Shown piece by piece: positions 48,938-63,033 of a stretch of DNA of 64,000 nt; the stretch's first letter is position 1; every line of letters starts with the position of its first letter. The notes beneath the pieces are model-generated. The model was not told the DNA's origin. It did no database searches and saw nothing but the letters and a program-made list of their open reading frames with translations. The stretch is taken from positions 44,950,001-45,014,000 of the forward strand of contig NC_043009.1 in the NCBI RefSeq assembly GCF_006345805.1. Direction: 5' to 3'. Source of the stretch: Octopus sinensis (Eukaryota). Made by a program: the position numbers and the translations under genes.

Positions 48938-51407
48938 TGTATGTATGTATGTATGTATGTATGTATGTATGTAGCTATGTATCTATGTGTGTGTGTGTAT
49001 ATGTATGTATGTATGTATGTTTGTATGTATATATATACATGTGTGTGTATGTACGTATGTATGTTTGTATATATGTATGTAAGTATGTATGTATCGACGC
49101 AAAAACGTGACTTTAATATTGATTTATAGAAGAATGTTCCTTTCCTCGACGGAAGCCAAAACTCATAAATCTGATATTAATCTTATGCAAATAAGATTAC
49201 AATTAAAAGATTAACGTTAATGTATTTTAGTACCAAATCCATAAATATTTAGATATAGGTTCTATTTATTACTGGACATTTAACAAAGAGTAGTTTGAAT
49301 CCACTACCGAGAACCAGCACGAAGTTTAAATAAAATCGATGCAAGAAACGAGGAAAACACGTTGGTTTTTAGACAATTCAGACACTATTCTATGTTCAGC
49401 TATTTTCGCAACGATTCTGTCATTCTGACTGTATTGATTATCTGTTCCTTCTTTAGATTAATCTATATTCCTCTATCTTCCATCATTTGTAGCTATTTTA
49501 AACACACTCATTAATTTTTAAAACTGGATTTCAATTACTGTCGTGAGGTAAGGTGCGTCGTATCTAAAGCTATCTCCTCTCAATTCATAGTTGATTTTTT
49601 TTTTGTTTTTTTTTTGGTAGGAGTGTTGTTATAAAAAGATGAATGAATACACAATTTAGTTACTCTTTAACTGATTATTTTTGTGCGTTTTATTAATTTA
49701 TTTATAACATTTTACATTCTTCGATATTTCATAATTTAATGAACACAAGACAATGGTAGTTTCGAGACTAACAGCTAACAACTAAGGACACGAGAACTTC
49801 TTTCTAGTTATCGATTCTTTTGTATCTGTGTCAGGACAGAAACTCTATTTAAATACTTAAGACAGTTCCGTATTGGAACTGAACCAAAATGATGTGGTAT
49901 ACTTTCTTAGTATCTCTCTTTCTACTTCTGTTTTATCTTACCCTACTTCCAAACTCCCACGCAGATCGGTCGCACAATATTCACACGGACGCTCTACAAA
50001 CCATAAAAGTTCACACATACATTATTCACAAAATTTGAAATATGCGGATATATTTACTCTCATCGCTATTCAAGGTGGACGTCAAAATGGGAACATTTCT
50101 CTTATTTTTATTGTTTAACGCCTACAGAGTCGTTGTTTTTGTTATTATACTTGTTTTTAATGTTGCGAGGAAAGAAGACTGCTGCATTGCTCAAACTAGC
50201 TTTTTCTCTCTGATAATATCCTGCCACCCACTTAAACTGAATCAACCAATCAATTTTGAACAGATATTTCTCCAATTTGTAGACGGAATATTCTCCACTA
50301 AACACACCAAACGCCTACACTCTGCAGCCATTTTCCCCATGACTCAACTTTAACCAACGACGACCATTTTAAATCTACTGCACCCTATTCACTCTGTTAA
50401 TAACAATACAATTAAGACCGCTTCACACACACACACATACATACATATATGTATATTTTGTATATCTAACCCAAGCAGTTTAATTGCTTATTTGCATCAT
50501 TATCTCCTCATATGTTCACCTGGATTCATCTTATAACCACTCTTTACCCCTCGGTGAAGATTTCGGAGTTTAAGTTCAAATCGTTTGAGCGTTACTAAAT
50601 ATTTTCTATATTGAGCATCTCTGGATATCATCTGTTGACTCTACATACATATATACATACACACATGATACTGCTTGCTTGAAAATGGTTAACACATGTC
50701 ACTTACAATGATTTCTTCAAGTTCTAAGCATTAATAAAATACAGCTGTTTTAATTTCCGTTATGAGACTTCAGTTGCAGGTGGAACTGACTGGGAAGAAA
50801 ATACTTTATTTTCTATAATATTTTTAAAACGAACTAAATGACCTGTTGTTTACGTATGCAAAGGAGTTAAAAATCATTTCTAATCTAGGCATAAGGCCAG
50901 CAAATTTTATAAGAGGGGAGTTTAGTCGATTACATTGGCCCGCGGTACGTGATTGGCACTTTAATTTATCGAACCCGAAGGGACGAAAGGCAAATTTGAT
51001 CTCAGCGGAATATGAACTCAAAACGTAAAGAGTCATCATTGTCGTCGTCATCATCATCAACCTCTGGACATTTCTATCTCGAGTCCTTCAACTCGTAGAA
51101 ACGGTTACTCAATTTGTGTGTGTGTGTGTGTATGCGAGAGTGTGTGTGTGTGTGGTGTGTGTGTGTGTGCGTGTGTGCGTGTGTGTATGAATGCATGTAC
51201 ATACATACGCACACAAACAATGAAAATTCGTTTATTGTGAGCCTGACGTTTCTCTTATGGCAATGATTCACGATTTTATCTAGACTACCCGTGACCCGTT
51301 GGGTCACTGACTGTTCAGGTTATAAAACATTGAAGCTGATTTCAACATTGCATTGAAATGAAAGTTAATTCTATGATGATTCAGTTAAATAATGTATGTC
51401 TGTCTGC

Positions 51408-51455
<48 letters not shown>

Positions 51456-51504
51456 TTATCTATCTATCTATCAGATAGATCTATCAGATATCTATCTATC
51501 GGCG

Positions 51505-51885
51505 GTCGCGCAATTGGCCCAGTGATTAGGGCAGCGGACTCGCGATCATAGGATCGCAGTTTCGATTCCCAGACCGGGAGTTGTGAGTGTTTATTGAGCG
51601 AAAGCACTTAAAGTTCCACGAGACTGCGGCAGGGGGGGGGGGTAAACCCTACTGTACTCTTTCACCACAGCTTTATCTCACTCTTTCTTCCTGTTTCTGT
51701 TGTATCTGTATTTCAAAGGGCCGGCCTTGTCACACTCTGTGTCACGCTGAATCTCCCCGAGAACTACGTTAAAGATACACGTGTCTGTGGAGTACTCAGC
51801 CACTTGCACGTTAATTTCACGAGCAGGCTATTCTATTGATTGGATCAACTGAAACCCTCGTCGTTGTAACCGACGGAGTGCCTTA
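51505..51885 (+). mobile_element. tRNA-head SINE (body P + tail T1)
   Basis: Homologous over its full length to 16763-17150. Confidence 0.85.
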
Positions 51886-52197
51886 ATGATCTATCTATCT
51901 ATCTATCTATCTATCTACTATCTATCTATCTATCTATCTATCTATCTGTCTGTCTGTCTGTCTGTCTGTCTATGTATCTTTCTATCTATCTATCTATCTA
52001 TTTATCTATCTATCAATCAATCAATCAATCTATCTATCTATCTATCTATATATCTATCTATCTGTCTGTCTGTCTGTCTATTTATCTATCTATCTATCTA
52101 TCTATATCTATCTATCTGTCTGTCTGTCTGTCTGTCTGTCTATGTATCTTTCTATCTATCTATCTATCTATTTATCTATCTATCAATCAATCAATCA

Positions 52198-52233
<36 letters not shown>

Positions 52234-52251
52234 GTCTGTCTGTCTGTCTAT

Positions 52252-52315
<64 letters not shown>

Positions 52316-52340
52316 TTATTTATCTATCTATCAATCTATC
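51886..52340. repeat. (CTAT)n compound microsatellite with a 170-bp internal duplication
   Basis: tatgtatctttc...(caat)n block at 51971 and 52141. Confidence 0.9.
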
Positions 52341-52514
52341 TGTCTATGGAGCTAAATAATGTCATCAATAAACATGGATAATCTCAGTTATCCTAAGTTT
52401 CTACCTCACTATATTACATATACGAGGCACTATAGTATGTGTATTAAGTAAACAGAGCAATCACTGGGACATTTTCCTCTACTCCATTCTTGATATTTGT
52501 AAACAGTGTCATCA

Positions 52515-52585
<71 letters not shown>

Positions 52586-52588
52586 CCA

Positions 52589-52627
<39 letters not shown>

Positions 52628-53326
52628 CTCTCTGTGCACACACACTTGACTGGTACTTTATTTAATCGTCCCCAGATAGAAACGGCAAATTTACCTCGGC
52701 AGGATATGAATTCAGAACATAAAGAGCTGTACGGTATTTTGTCCTACGCCCTAACGATTCTACCACCACATATCTAAGCGTAGTTATGCAAGTAGAATAT
52801 GCTTTACTGACGAAATTTAACAAGATCAAAATATGTCCGTTTCTTTCACCGTTTGACATAAAATACAATACGCATTCCTAATTCATTGTCTTTATTTTTC
52901 AAAAATTTCGATCATCTGATTTTATTGGAGTTATTCCCGTTGCTTCACTTGCTTGCTATTGTTTAAACAGAATTATCCATCTTCTTTCGTGTTAAAAGAT
53001 TCTGAAAAAAAAAACATGAGGAATCTTTTAGTCTTCTAACTACTAAGATAATCTTAGTTAATCGAAGTTTCGGGGCTCACTCTTCTACGTAAGTGAGTCT
53101 CTTTCGTGCATGTATAGTCTCTGATATGTATTTGACCAGAGGTCTACTTGATCAGGGCTGACCGAGAGCTAAACAACAATAACAATAACAACAACAATAC
53201 ATTAGTGTTGATTCAAACATTCAACATTAATATTTGTAATGCAAAACTGAGACGACATCCGATCACATACGACGGTCAGTTACGCATTTAATAGATCTGC
53301 TTAGGCATGCATGAATTTTACATGGC

Positions 53327-53395
<69 letters not shown>

Positions 53396-54159
53396 CCTCT
53401 CTGTAAGGCAAACTTTTGGCCTTCAGTTTAAGGAATCAGTTTTATGATTTGCGATTTCTCTATCAGTTCCTCATATCTGAAGAATATCTTTTGAACCTGA
53501 TTGAAACATGAAATTAAAGGGTTTTCGGAGCAACACCCAGGCTTGTAGGAGTTTGTATTCGATTTCTTATAAGCAGCTGTTGTTTTTCTTGTTGTTACTG
53601 TTGCCGTTGTTGTTGTTACTGTTGCTGATATTGCTGCTGCTGCTGCTGCTGTAGTTTTTGTTGTTGTTTAGCTCCTAATGAAGCAGATTTATGATCCAAG
53701 GGATCCCTTTTTTCCAAACACAAACCACACCCACCCAAGCCCACACGATACATCCACCTCACCACCTCTCGTTGATCAATTTATTTCTCAACACCCAGAC
53801 CACACCAACATTCAATATACCCAATCCTTTTCTCCCCTATACACCAACCATCCGGAATTGACTTCCACCCTTTCTGTCTTCCACCCATGTTTATCCAACA
53901 ATCATCATTTGTCATCGACCGTAACAACCTGACAGGTCTAAAAAGGATTGCAAAATTCATGGTGATAGCTCGCCCTTTCTTCCTGACTTACACCACAAAA
54001 AAAAAGCATCTTTAACTGTGTTCTTTTTTGCAAGACAGGTTGTGATTTAGCTGCTGTTTCTTGCGGGTCAAGCGATCACAACAACCGTTGATTTCATTTC
54101 CTAAACAAGTGTGCCAACTATGATACGTTTGTGTTTATTGTTTCACATTATTAGCAATA

Positions 54160-56255
54160 CAGTAATCATCGCCATATTGCGGTTCACCTATCACGCCCTC
54201 AGTACATCGCGGATTTTTCTGGCTAATATATGTAAATTTAAATCGCGGACTCCTCAGAATATCGTGAGTTTCTGCGGTATTTATATATTTTTAGATTTTA
54301 ATTATTTCTGTGGTAAAATAAGTATTTTCACGCCTAAAAATTAATTAAATAATATAAATTTGTCCTATTGTGAGAGAGTGTGTGGTGTTGTTTTACATTT
54401 GTGTGTGGAATTGGGAATTTATTTCAAGCCCTACTATGTCGCCCCAAACGCTCTGCGCCTTCTAAGGCTCCTGGCAGTGAACCCAAGTGCCAGAGAAAGA
54501 TGCCTACTATTGCAGAAAACGTGAGACTCCTCGACATGCATAAGGAAGAGAGAAGGTATGCGGATGTAGGCCGCCATTACGGCATCAATGAATCTACCGT
54601 TTGCTACATCAAGAAGGACGAAAAAATATAAGGGCGACGGCAAAAGTGACTTTAACAAGACAACAAAAAGGGTGGTAACTTCCCATAATAAGGCCACCGT
54701 AAGGATGGAGTCTATATTGGAATAGTGACTGCAGGAAGAACATTGCACTGGTCACCAATACCATCTGTGAGAAGGCCAGGAAGCTGTACGGTAAGTTTAC
54801 GGATGGCGGTGACGACGATCCAGACAACTCTGAATCAGGACCATCTACGGCATTTCCCACCAAACCAAGGGTTCTTTTGATAAATTTCAAAAGAAGTTCA
54901 ACCTTAAGAGTGTGTCCCTGCTTGGAGAAGCTACTTCTGCTGAAGAGGACGTGAACGAGACGTTCAAAACCATCGTCGAGGAAAGGGGATATTCGCGTGA
55001 ATAAATTTTCAATATGGATAAGACTGGCCTCTTTTGGAAACGGATGCCATCGCGGACTTTCATTATGAAGGAAGAGGCCAGAACCCATGGATTTAAGACG
55101 TACAAAGATCGCGTCACAATTATAATGTGTGGAAATGCTGTGGACGTTATGATAATTTATAAGTCCAAAAACCCAAGGGCCCTCAAAAACAAAAATAAGA
55201 ACCTTCTTCTAGTACATTGGATGCACAACCAGAAGGCATAGGTAACGAAACCACTGACATCGGATTGGTTTTACCAGTGCTTCATCCTCCGAAGTCAAGG
55301 TTTCTCTCGCCGAAAAAGGACTGGAATTCAAAGTGCGTCTCCAAATGTACAATGCTGGAGGTCACGCGCTCGACCTGTCGTTTGAGGGTGCACAAATCGA
55401 ATTCTTGCCGCCGAACACCATATCGCTTATCCAGCCCATAGATCATTATTCGTGCGTCGTTTAAGGCGCTCTGTACGCGAAACTCCCTGCAACACCTGGT
55501 CGAGGCTATGGACTCGGATGATAACTTCTCGCTGAAGGAGTACTGGCGTGGGTACATCATTGCAACGTGCCTCCAAAATATTCAGAAGGCTATAAAGGAG
55601 ATGAAGAATGAAATTTTGAATGCCAACTGGAAGAAATTGTAGCCAGAAGCGGTCCACGACTATAAAGGGTTTTCTCCTGACGAAATCCACCACTCCGCAG
55701 TAGATAAGGCAGTGAAGCTGGCGAAATTGCTAGGAGGAGATGGCTTCACCGATATGACCACTGAAGACGCCAATAACCTGATCGAGACCACTCAGATCCG
55801 TTAACGGATGAAGATCTGACAGAGATGACGAAGTCAGCAAGTGAGGAAGAAGAAATCGGCCTATCACTAGAACGCCTCTCGACTCTAACAAAAACGGCAA
55901 AAGAACTTCAGAGAAGGACGGAAGACCCCCCCCCCCAGATGATTTGTGCGTTGCAATTCAGAAATGCATTCGACGGAGTCATGAAAGTTTATATAAACCT
56001 CCTTACAGAGAAGAAAAGGAAGAGCCAGCAACTGCCCATCACTATGTTCCTCACTCCCCCAAAAAAGAGAAGACACGTGTACTCCTAAGAGTGGGGGAGA
56101 TAGTTTATAAAAGCTTAAATATATAAAAGGAATAAAATAAATAATACAAATTATAAAAATGAAAATATACAGTACAGTACTGTTTCTTCTTCGCGGATTT
56201 TCACGTATCACGGGGGTTTTGGAATGTAACACTCGCAATAGTCGAAGGATTGCTG
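54160..56255 (+). mobile_element. Full-length degraded Tigger/pogo DNA transposon (~2.1 kb)
   Basis: TA|cagtaatc... and ...gattgctg|TA ends; CENP-B HTH (YADVGRHYGINESTV), IFNMDKTGLFWKRMPSRTFIMKEE, KDRVT..CGNA, EFLPPNT, W..V; many frameshifts across ~54480-56088. Confidence 0.9.
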
Positions 56256-57075
56256 TAATCTTAATTTACAGTAATTATTTTGAGGTGGAGTTAGTTAATG
56301 AACGAGTAACAATAGCTGATAATAAACATAAACTTCATATTGTATGTCATGGCCTAGATAAATAAACTGGAAAGATTGTAAACAATACTAGACAAAAGAC
56401 CTAAATAAAATAAAATGAATAGGAAGGCGATGTAAAAAAAAAAACACTGGATGTTGTAAACAAAGAAATCCTTGATAATAAAAGTCAAGTGATCTGAATA
56501 AGTATACGCGTCTGACCTCCTTGGTATAATCTCAACAAGTGGCTTGGAACCAACCAATGCAGCGTAAAAACAAGAAAAATAAACACTTCAACTATTAGAT
56601 AAGGGTGTGATGGTAAGGCGTTATTAAATTCAATTACTTCATTGCTGTTATTGAGTGTATATGATAGAATGGTAAACATTGATTCAGTATTAATTCATCA
56701 AGCTTTTCTGGAGACTCTGTCTAGGTACTAGTCGATTTGTACGACGTTGAATCAAGGTAGATTTTTCCAACATGCTTTTCAATCTGAAAATATTGAGATT
56801 CTCATAGACATTTGTGGGATCGAAATTCGTTGATGGAGGTCTGCAGTTGCGGCTCGACTATTTTACCAATTCGAGTTACTGTTCCTACGCAAGCCAATAG
56901 CAAAATGTCCCCTTTTTTACGATTATATTGCTAACATTTTTTTACACTAAGGTTGGAATTTATGATTCAACATGGCACTTGATACTAATGTCACTCAGAC
57001 AACCCAACCAACGTTACCACAAGTCGTCAAGTCAATTATGTTGTTACGGATGTGTTTAACACCAGACTTAATTAA

Positions 57076-57278
57076 CCTTTGAAATTTGCGAGTGAGCTTC
57101 AGCGGGATTTCGTTTGACTAAGACCGCAAAGTGGGTGGCCTCATGGTTTTGAGTTTGAAGCTGAAAATAACGATATTTCTTTCAATTAGCGAGCATTACA
57201 CACAAAATCATGTGGCCACCTGCTTTTGTGTCTTAGTCAAATTTGAACCCGCTAAAACGTACTTGTGAGTTCAAAGGG
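57076..57278. repeat. Old imperfect fold-back repeat (~75-bp arms)
   Basis: tttgactaagac...ggtggcc.catg.tttt at 57113-57150 is mirrored at 57204-57241. Confidence 0.65.
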
Positions 57279-58621
57279 TTGACAAACGAACGTCCATAAA
57301 AGCGGTTCCATCGCTGCAATTGACTAAAGAAAACAACAAGAAACCCTCAAACACGCTGACTTTAAAAAGAATTACATCGAACAACAGGTTGCTTTCCTAA
57401 AGAAAAGCCACAATAAATTACTCGGAATATAATAAAAACAACATGGCGATTTCTTAACACTGCCAACCATCAAGTCAAATCACGTCTCTATGCGTGACCT
57501 ACTGTGTCATCCTCCACGCTCTTAATGAATTCTGGGTCATTTGAAGATAGAAGTGTCAATTTTTAATAAACTAATTTAGTTGTATTTTAATTAAACCACA
57601 TACAGTCCTATGGTTGAATAAATTAAACTTGCAAAACAAGACATTTTAATAAATTTCTTGATGCGCTTTATAGAACAAAATTATTTTAAAAAAATTTATT
57701 AATAATTTTATTCAGAAAACCGATTTTAATAAAGCGTATATTTCTCCCCCACCCCTTTGCCACCCGTACTGGAACCTCAGACCCAGAGGTGAGGGCACCC
57801 CAAGTTAAGAATTTGTGGTCTACCTTGGTTTCACTCGCACAACTTGAGTTACTCAACCCTATAGGCGAGGATAAAAGCAATACACGTGCTTAAGGTGCTA
57901 CACAGTAGGATCGAACGCACCTATAGGGAAAAGCATAAATATCACATCTTCCCATATCTTTAGCAAGCGCAAATAAAGCAACCCATCCATAATTTCTTAT
58001 AATTAATAAATAAACAGCTGAAAATGACGATTTATTTAATCAGCTAAGAGTAAAATCATAAGAAAAAAACATTAACAACAATTATATAAAGTTCATCAGT
58101 TGCAAGATATGATGATGGCTAATTCAAAATGTGCGATGCTAGGATTAAAGCTAATTATTATTATTTCTTCAGCAATTACCAAGGAAACCTGAATCATTAA
58201 GCTCCATCCAAAAGTATTTCTTCCGTACAAAACAAACCGATCATCCGGCTTAAAATCGTGTAAATTTTCAAGAGATATCTAAATATATTATTTATGCCTG
58301 GAAACACAAACCGATTGATGGCAGCAATGTTTCCGTTGTATTGGGCTTTAGAAAACATAATGTTGATGCCAGGGGCAAGGCTTTGCGGGTGTACGTATGT
58401 GCGTATGCGTGTATACATATGTGTGTGTATATATATATATACATATACGTATGTTCAAATTTTGTATTAGAAGCAGCTTCGTAATATAAATATTATCAAT
58501 GACAGTTATTTACTGTTAAAATGCGTTAGGGCTGCGGTATTTCGTCCAGGGAAAGGCCCTTTAAAAACGTAGAGTGTTTGAAAAACACAGTATACCTCAA
58601 AATCAGACGAACCGAATTACC

Positions 58622-58675
58622 CCGGAAGTAAAAGGGAACGACAAATATCGATAGTTCGCAGTTACTTCTGACTCA
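58622..58675. promoter_or_regulatory. Cluster of promoter-type motifs in a CpG-richer island
   Basis: CCGGAAGT at 58622, TATCGATA at 58646, TGACTCA at 58669. Confidence 0.3.
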
Positions 58676-59195
58676 CAGAGCCGTATACTCGATTCCCATT
58701 CGAAATAAATTCGAATCGCTGGCCTGAAGTATATACGGATAAAGTAAAACTTATCTGCTGATGTACAAAAGGGCCGGACGAGCTACATCGAATACAAAAT
58801 TTGAATTTTATTCTACTCTGATTTTCTTTTATCTTAAAGTCGATAACTGCAAAATTTATAATCCCTCTACTTGCTCTGTACTTTTCTTAAATCCGCTTTG
58901 TACATCTTATAAATGACTACATTCGTTGGTAACTCCACTTGCTGGGAATCAGACGCTTACTCAACAAGTCACTATATCACAGTTTAAATATTAGCTGATG
59001 AACATGAGAATTTCATAATGCATTTTATTATGCTTGCATCAAAATAAAGATTCTTAGCGAAACAACAGTCACAACATTTAAAAGCCATTCGTTTGTATTC
59101 CGTAAACGAACTTAAAGGATATTATATTATATATATTATATATTTATATATATATTTTCTCTCTTTATTTTCTCTCCTTGTTTCTTTCTGTGTTC

Positions 59196-59231
59196 CTTTC
59201 TATGGAAGAGCGTAGGCTCGAAACGTTAAAG
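59196..59231 (+). ncRNA. Hammerhead-like motif with mutated core, in a repeat at ~59158-59335
   Basis: cuuu CUAUGGA A GAGC guag GCUC GAAA CG UU aaag; same family as 43930 and 33835. Confidence 0.5.
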
Positions 59232-59339
59232 ACTTTTTCACTTCCCGAGCGTTATAATAATACATCTGTTTGCTGTCTACATCACATGTTTTCGTCTTTT
59301 GTTGTTGTTTTTTTGTGAATTCTCCTCCTATATACACGT

Positions 59340-59395
<56 letters not shown>

Positions 59396-59856
59396 GCACA
59401 CGTGCGCGCGCAGGTCGTCGTCGACTTACAATCTAATCGACTTACGACCGATCGACTTTACGACGAATGGCACGCCAGCTCCCGGCAGCAATAATAAATG
59501 ATCCAGTTGAAATCTAATGGGTTTAATTTCTTAGAAATTAACCTGTCTACAGATTATGTCAGCAAGCAAACGCACCCCCTAGGTTTGGTTATCGATCACC
59601 ACTGTGTTGGATGACTATCCTATCGCGGAGACATCGATGCAACCTCGTATTTGTTTATAAGACGAAAGCTTGAGACTCCGAAATTTTTTACTAACGCCAG
59701 TATAATAGTATAATACAGAAAGATGTGTGTGACTTTTACCTGAGAATGTACCTTAAGAATATAAAAATATAAAACAAAGCTATGGAGGCCTATAGGCCGA
59801 TTGACGACCAAATCGACTTATGACCACTCAGCCGGAACCAATTGTGTGTGTATGTG

Positions 59857-60102
59857 TATACAATTTAAAAACAGGATAAAATCTTCATAAGAATTTATCA
59901 AGTAGTTAGCGTGAAAAACCTCATAAGAGAAAAAAATCCATCAATATTTTCACTTAAATATATTTATTTAATAATGCCCTCTATATAATATAAATAAATA
60001 TATTTAAGTGAAAAAATTGATGAATTTTTTTCTTATGAGGTTTTTCACGCTAACTACTTGATAAATTCTTATGGAGATTTTATCCTATTTTTTAATTATA
60101 TA
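59857..60102. repeat. Fold-back element, ~113-bp arms, 20-nt loop
   Basis: Arms at 59857-59970 and 59991-60102. Confidence 0.9.
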
Positions 60103-60104
60103 TA

Positions 60105-60438
60105 TAAAAGACCCCCTTCGGTCATGAATGACCATGGGATTGCACCTAGAAAGTTACCCTCCTAGACACAAGTCCGGGCAAGGTTGTTTATGGAAGACCA
60201 GCAGTCGCCCATGCATACCAGCCTCCCCTCTCCACGTCACCAGTGTTATCCAAGGGAAAGACAAAGGTCGATACAGCTTGGCACCAGTGACGTCGCAGCT
60301 CATTTCTACAGCTGAGTGAACTGGAGCAACGTGAAATAAAGTGTCTTGCTCAAGAACACAACACGCAGCCCGGACCGGGATTCGAGCTCACAACCTCACG
60401 ATCGTAAGCTCGACGCTCTAACCACTGAGCCATGCGCC
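60105..60438 (-). mobile_element. tRNA-head SINE (body M + tail T3)
   Basis: Head ggcgcatggctcagtggttagagcgtcgagc...tcgaatccc; tail ends ggtcattcatgaccgaagggggtct. Confidence 0.85.
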
Positions 60439-61069
60439 AGATGAATAATAACAGACGATAGATAACTGTCAGTTCGTTAAAGCTGTTCTTACGCATTTTT
60501 TAATAAATAGAAGAATGAGAACATTTTTCTTTGTAAAAAAAAAAAACCATAATCATCAGATGAAACATAATTTCAAAAACAAAAGAATATCCAAAGAATA
60601 CACATGGACGTGGCTGAAGTCTTTCGAGGCTTACTATAAAATTTCATTTGTTTTTGAAATGGTGTCATCTGATGATTACAGTTTTTTTTACAATGAAGTA
60701 ATGTTCTCATTCTTCTATTTTAAAAAATACGTTAAGAAACGGCTGTAATGAGCTGACAATTATCCATCGTATGTTATTATTCATTTGATTATAATGCACC
60801 ATACGGATTTACGACATGTCGGACACACTAAAGTATACCAACAACGTACAATCAACATAACGCGTGTTTTGGATCAGCCCCTAGGTGCTAAATACTCATA
60901 GGGTTAGTTTTCTTTGTGTACTCAACTGGAATATCCAGATTTGATATTTATCAACCATAAGCAGGGACCACAGGTTTATCCAACCCTACCTGGTGCATAT
61001 CTTTTCAAGTATCCGATTCTATCTGAATACTTATTATTATTATTATTTTATTATTATTATTATTATTAT

Positions 61070-61112
<43 letters not shown>

Positions 61113-61214
61113 GGTGGTGGTGTGGTGGTGGTGGTGGTGGTGGTGGTGGGGTGGTGGTGGTGGTGGTGGTGGTGGTGGTGGTAGTAGTAGTAGTAGTATA
61201 GTAGTAGTAGTATT

Positions 61215-61708
61215 GAGTGAGAGAGCAGTGCATGCCATCAAAGTGACACTGGGGTAAAATATACGAAGCCCAGTATACCCATCATGACTACCCATCTGAT
61301 AAGGGTACACCAGGCACATGCATCACAACCATATGTGCGCGACATGGTGATCTCATATCAAGATAAACAGCGCATGACCTTGCAGGTGGGGCCCAGTTAG
61401 AATTTTCTTCTGGTCGAGTAGCCCATCCCGCTCAAAAGGTCCCTGAATAAGGATTGTTTAAGGATGTTGAACGAACCGCTCATGTTTCCAAAGGTGAATT
61501 ATCCAAACCTCTAAGAATTCCTTTCAACATATGGCTATGATGCTCCACCACTACTTCTGCTCGTGATCGGAGATGCACATATCGTCAGCCACTAAGGGAA
61601 ATGCTCAACTGGTTAAGGTCAAACAACTGACAAGCAAATCTGTGGTATTGAGCAGAATATTTGCTGTAGCCCATCTTTTATACCAAGACAAAACAATGTA
61701 CATGATAA
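61215..61708 (-). mobile_element. Family D element, slightly 5'-truncated
   Basis: Colinear with 2368-2860; adjoined by a mixed triplet array at 61030-61214. Confidence 0.85.
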
Positions 61709-62396
61709 AACTTTATAATGTCTGTTGTACCCTTATTGTGGCTACTGACTGGAATTAATTACCATTATTATGTCTAGTATGTCCGTTCTTTGTTTATCAA
61801 ATCCCACCCACCCCAAAGACCCCCAAGCGCCCCCATACTAATTGTTCCTATGAGTGATATAAATTGTATTTTTGCCAGCTGTTGGTTCAAATGATGGTAT
61901 TTATCAAATTTTAATCAACGTTGCTTTCTTTTGAAGGAAATAAAAAAGAATTTGGACACCATAATTCTTTGTATCTTAATTCACGGTGACTTTCAATTAA
62001 GGTTCGTGAAATGTTTTTGTTTTGTAAAATCTTCACTTCAGAAGTTCTGGCTCCTATTCATTTATATGACTGTGAGTTGTTTGCATAAACCATTGTTTGC
62101 CTTTTGTTTGTTTGTTGCAATAGTTTTTGTTGTTGTTGTTGTTGTTGTTGTTTTGTATTTTTGTTGTTTAACCAACTAAACCTCTATGACGAAAACTTTA
62201 TATTATCTTGTATGTAATTAGGATATATATATATATCTGTATCTGTATATGCGTATTTACGCACGTATACAAATATGTTTTTTATGCCAAGTTACATATA
62301 AAAGCAATTTAACATTAATGTGAAGGGTGACTCGATATTTTGCAGTGAAGTACATGTTTATTAAACTTTCACAAGAAAAAGGTTAAGTGCCTGTCA

Positions 62397-62437
62397 GATA
62401 GTCGGTCGAAAGCAAGTCGAAACTCGAAGTCACTATC
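62397..62437 (+). ncRNA. Hammerhead-like motif with 6-bp stem I and GUC site, mutated core
   Basis: gauagu CGGUCGA A agcaaguc GAAA CU cga AG UC acuauc. Confidence 0.5.
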
Positions 62438-62574
62438 AAACTTGTAGAAGTTTAGTATCTATCTAACTATACACACTCATATACATACTCAAATATATAT
62501 ACACACTCACATACACATTCATACATATATATATATTATATATATATATATAATATATATATATATGTATATAT

Positions 62575-63033
62575 ACTCTTTTACTCTTTTACTTGTTTCA
62601 GTCATTTGACTGAGGCCATGCTGGAGCACCGCCTTTAGTCGAGTAAATCGACCCCAGGACTTATTTGTAAGCCTAATACTTATTTTATCGGCCTCTTTTG
62701 TCGAACTGGGGACGTAAACACACCAACATCTGTTGTCAAGCGATATTGGGGGGACAAACACAGACACACAAACATATACACACATACATACATATATATA
62801 TATATATATACATACATACATACATACATACATACATACATACATACATACATACATACATACATACATACGACGGGCTTCTTTCAGTTTCCGTCTACCA
62901 AATCCACTCACAAGGCTTTGGTCAGCCCAAGGCTGTAGTAGAAGACACTTGCCCAAGGTGCCATGCAGTGGGACTGAACCCGGAACCATGTGGTTGGGAA
63001 GCAAGCTACTTACAACACAGCCACTCCTACGCC
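62575..63033 (-). mobile_element. SINE family B, full length with internal (CATA)n
   Basis: Head and tail as at 29001-29480. Confidence 0.9.

Noticed and set aside
50042-50353. 103-aa ORF with a hydrophobic N-terminal stretch and caaaATG context
   Set aside because: No recognisable domain or splice donor; hydrophobicity is explained by T-rich composition. A minus-strand donor at ~49941 is equally unsupported.
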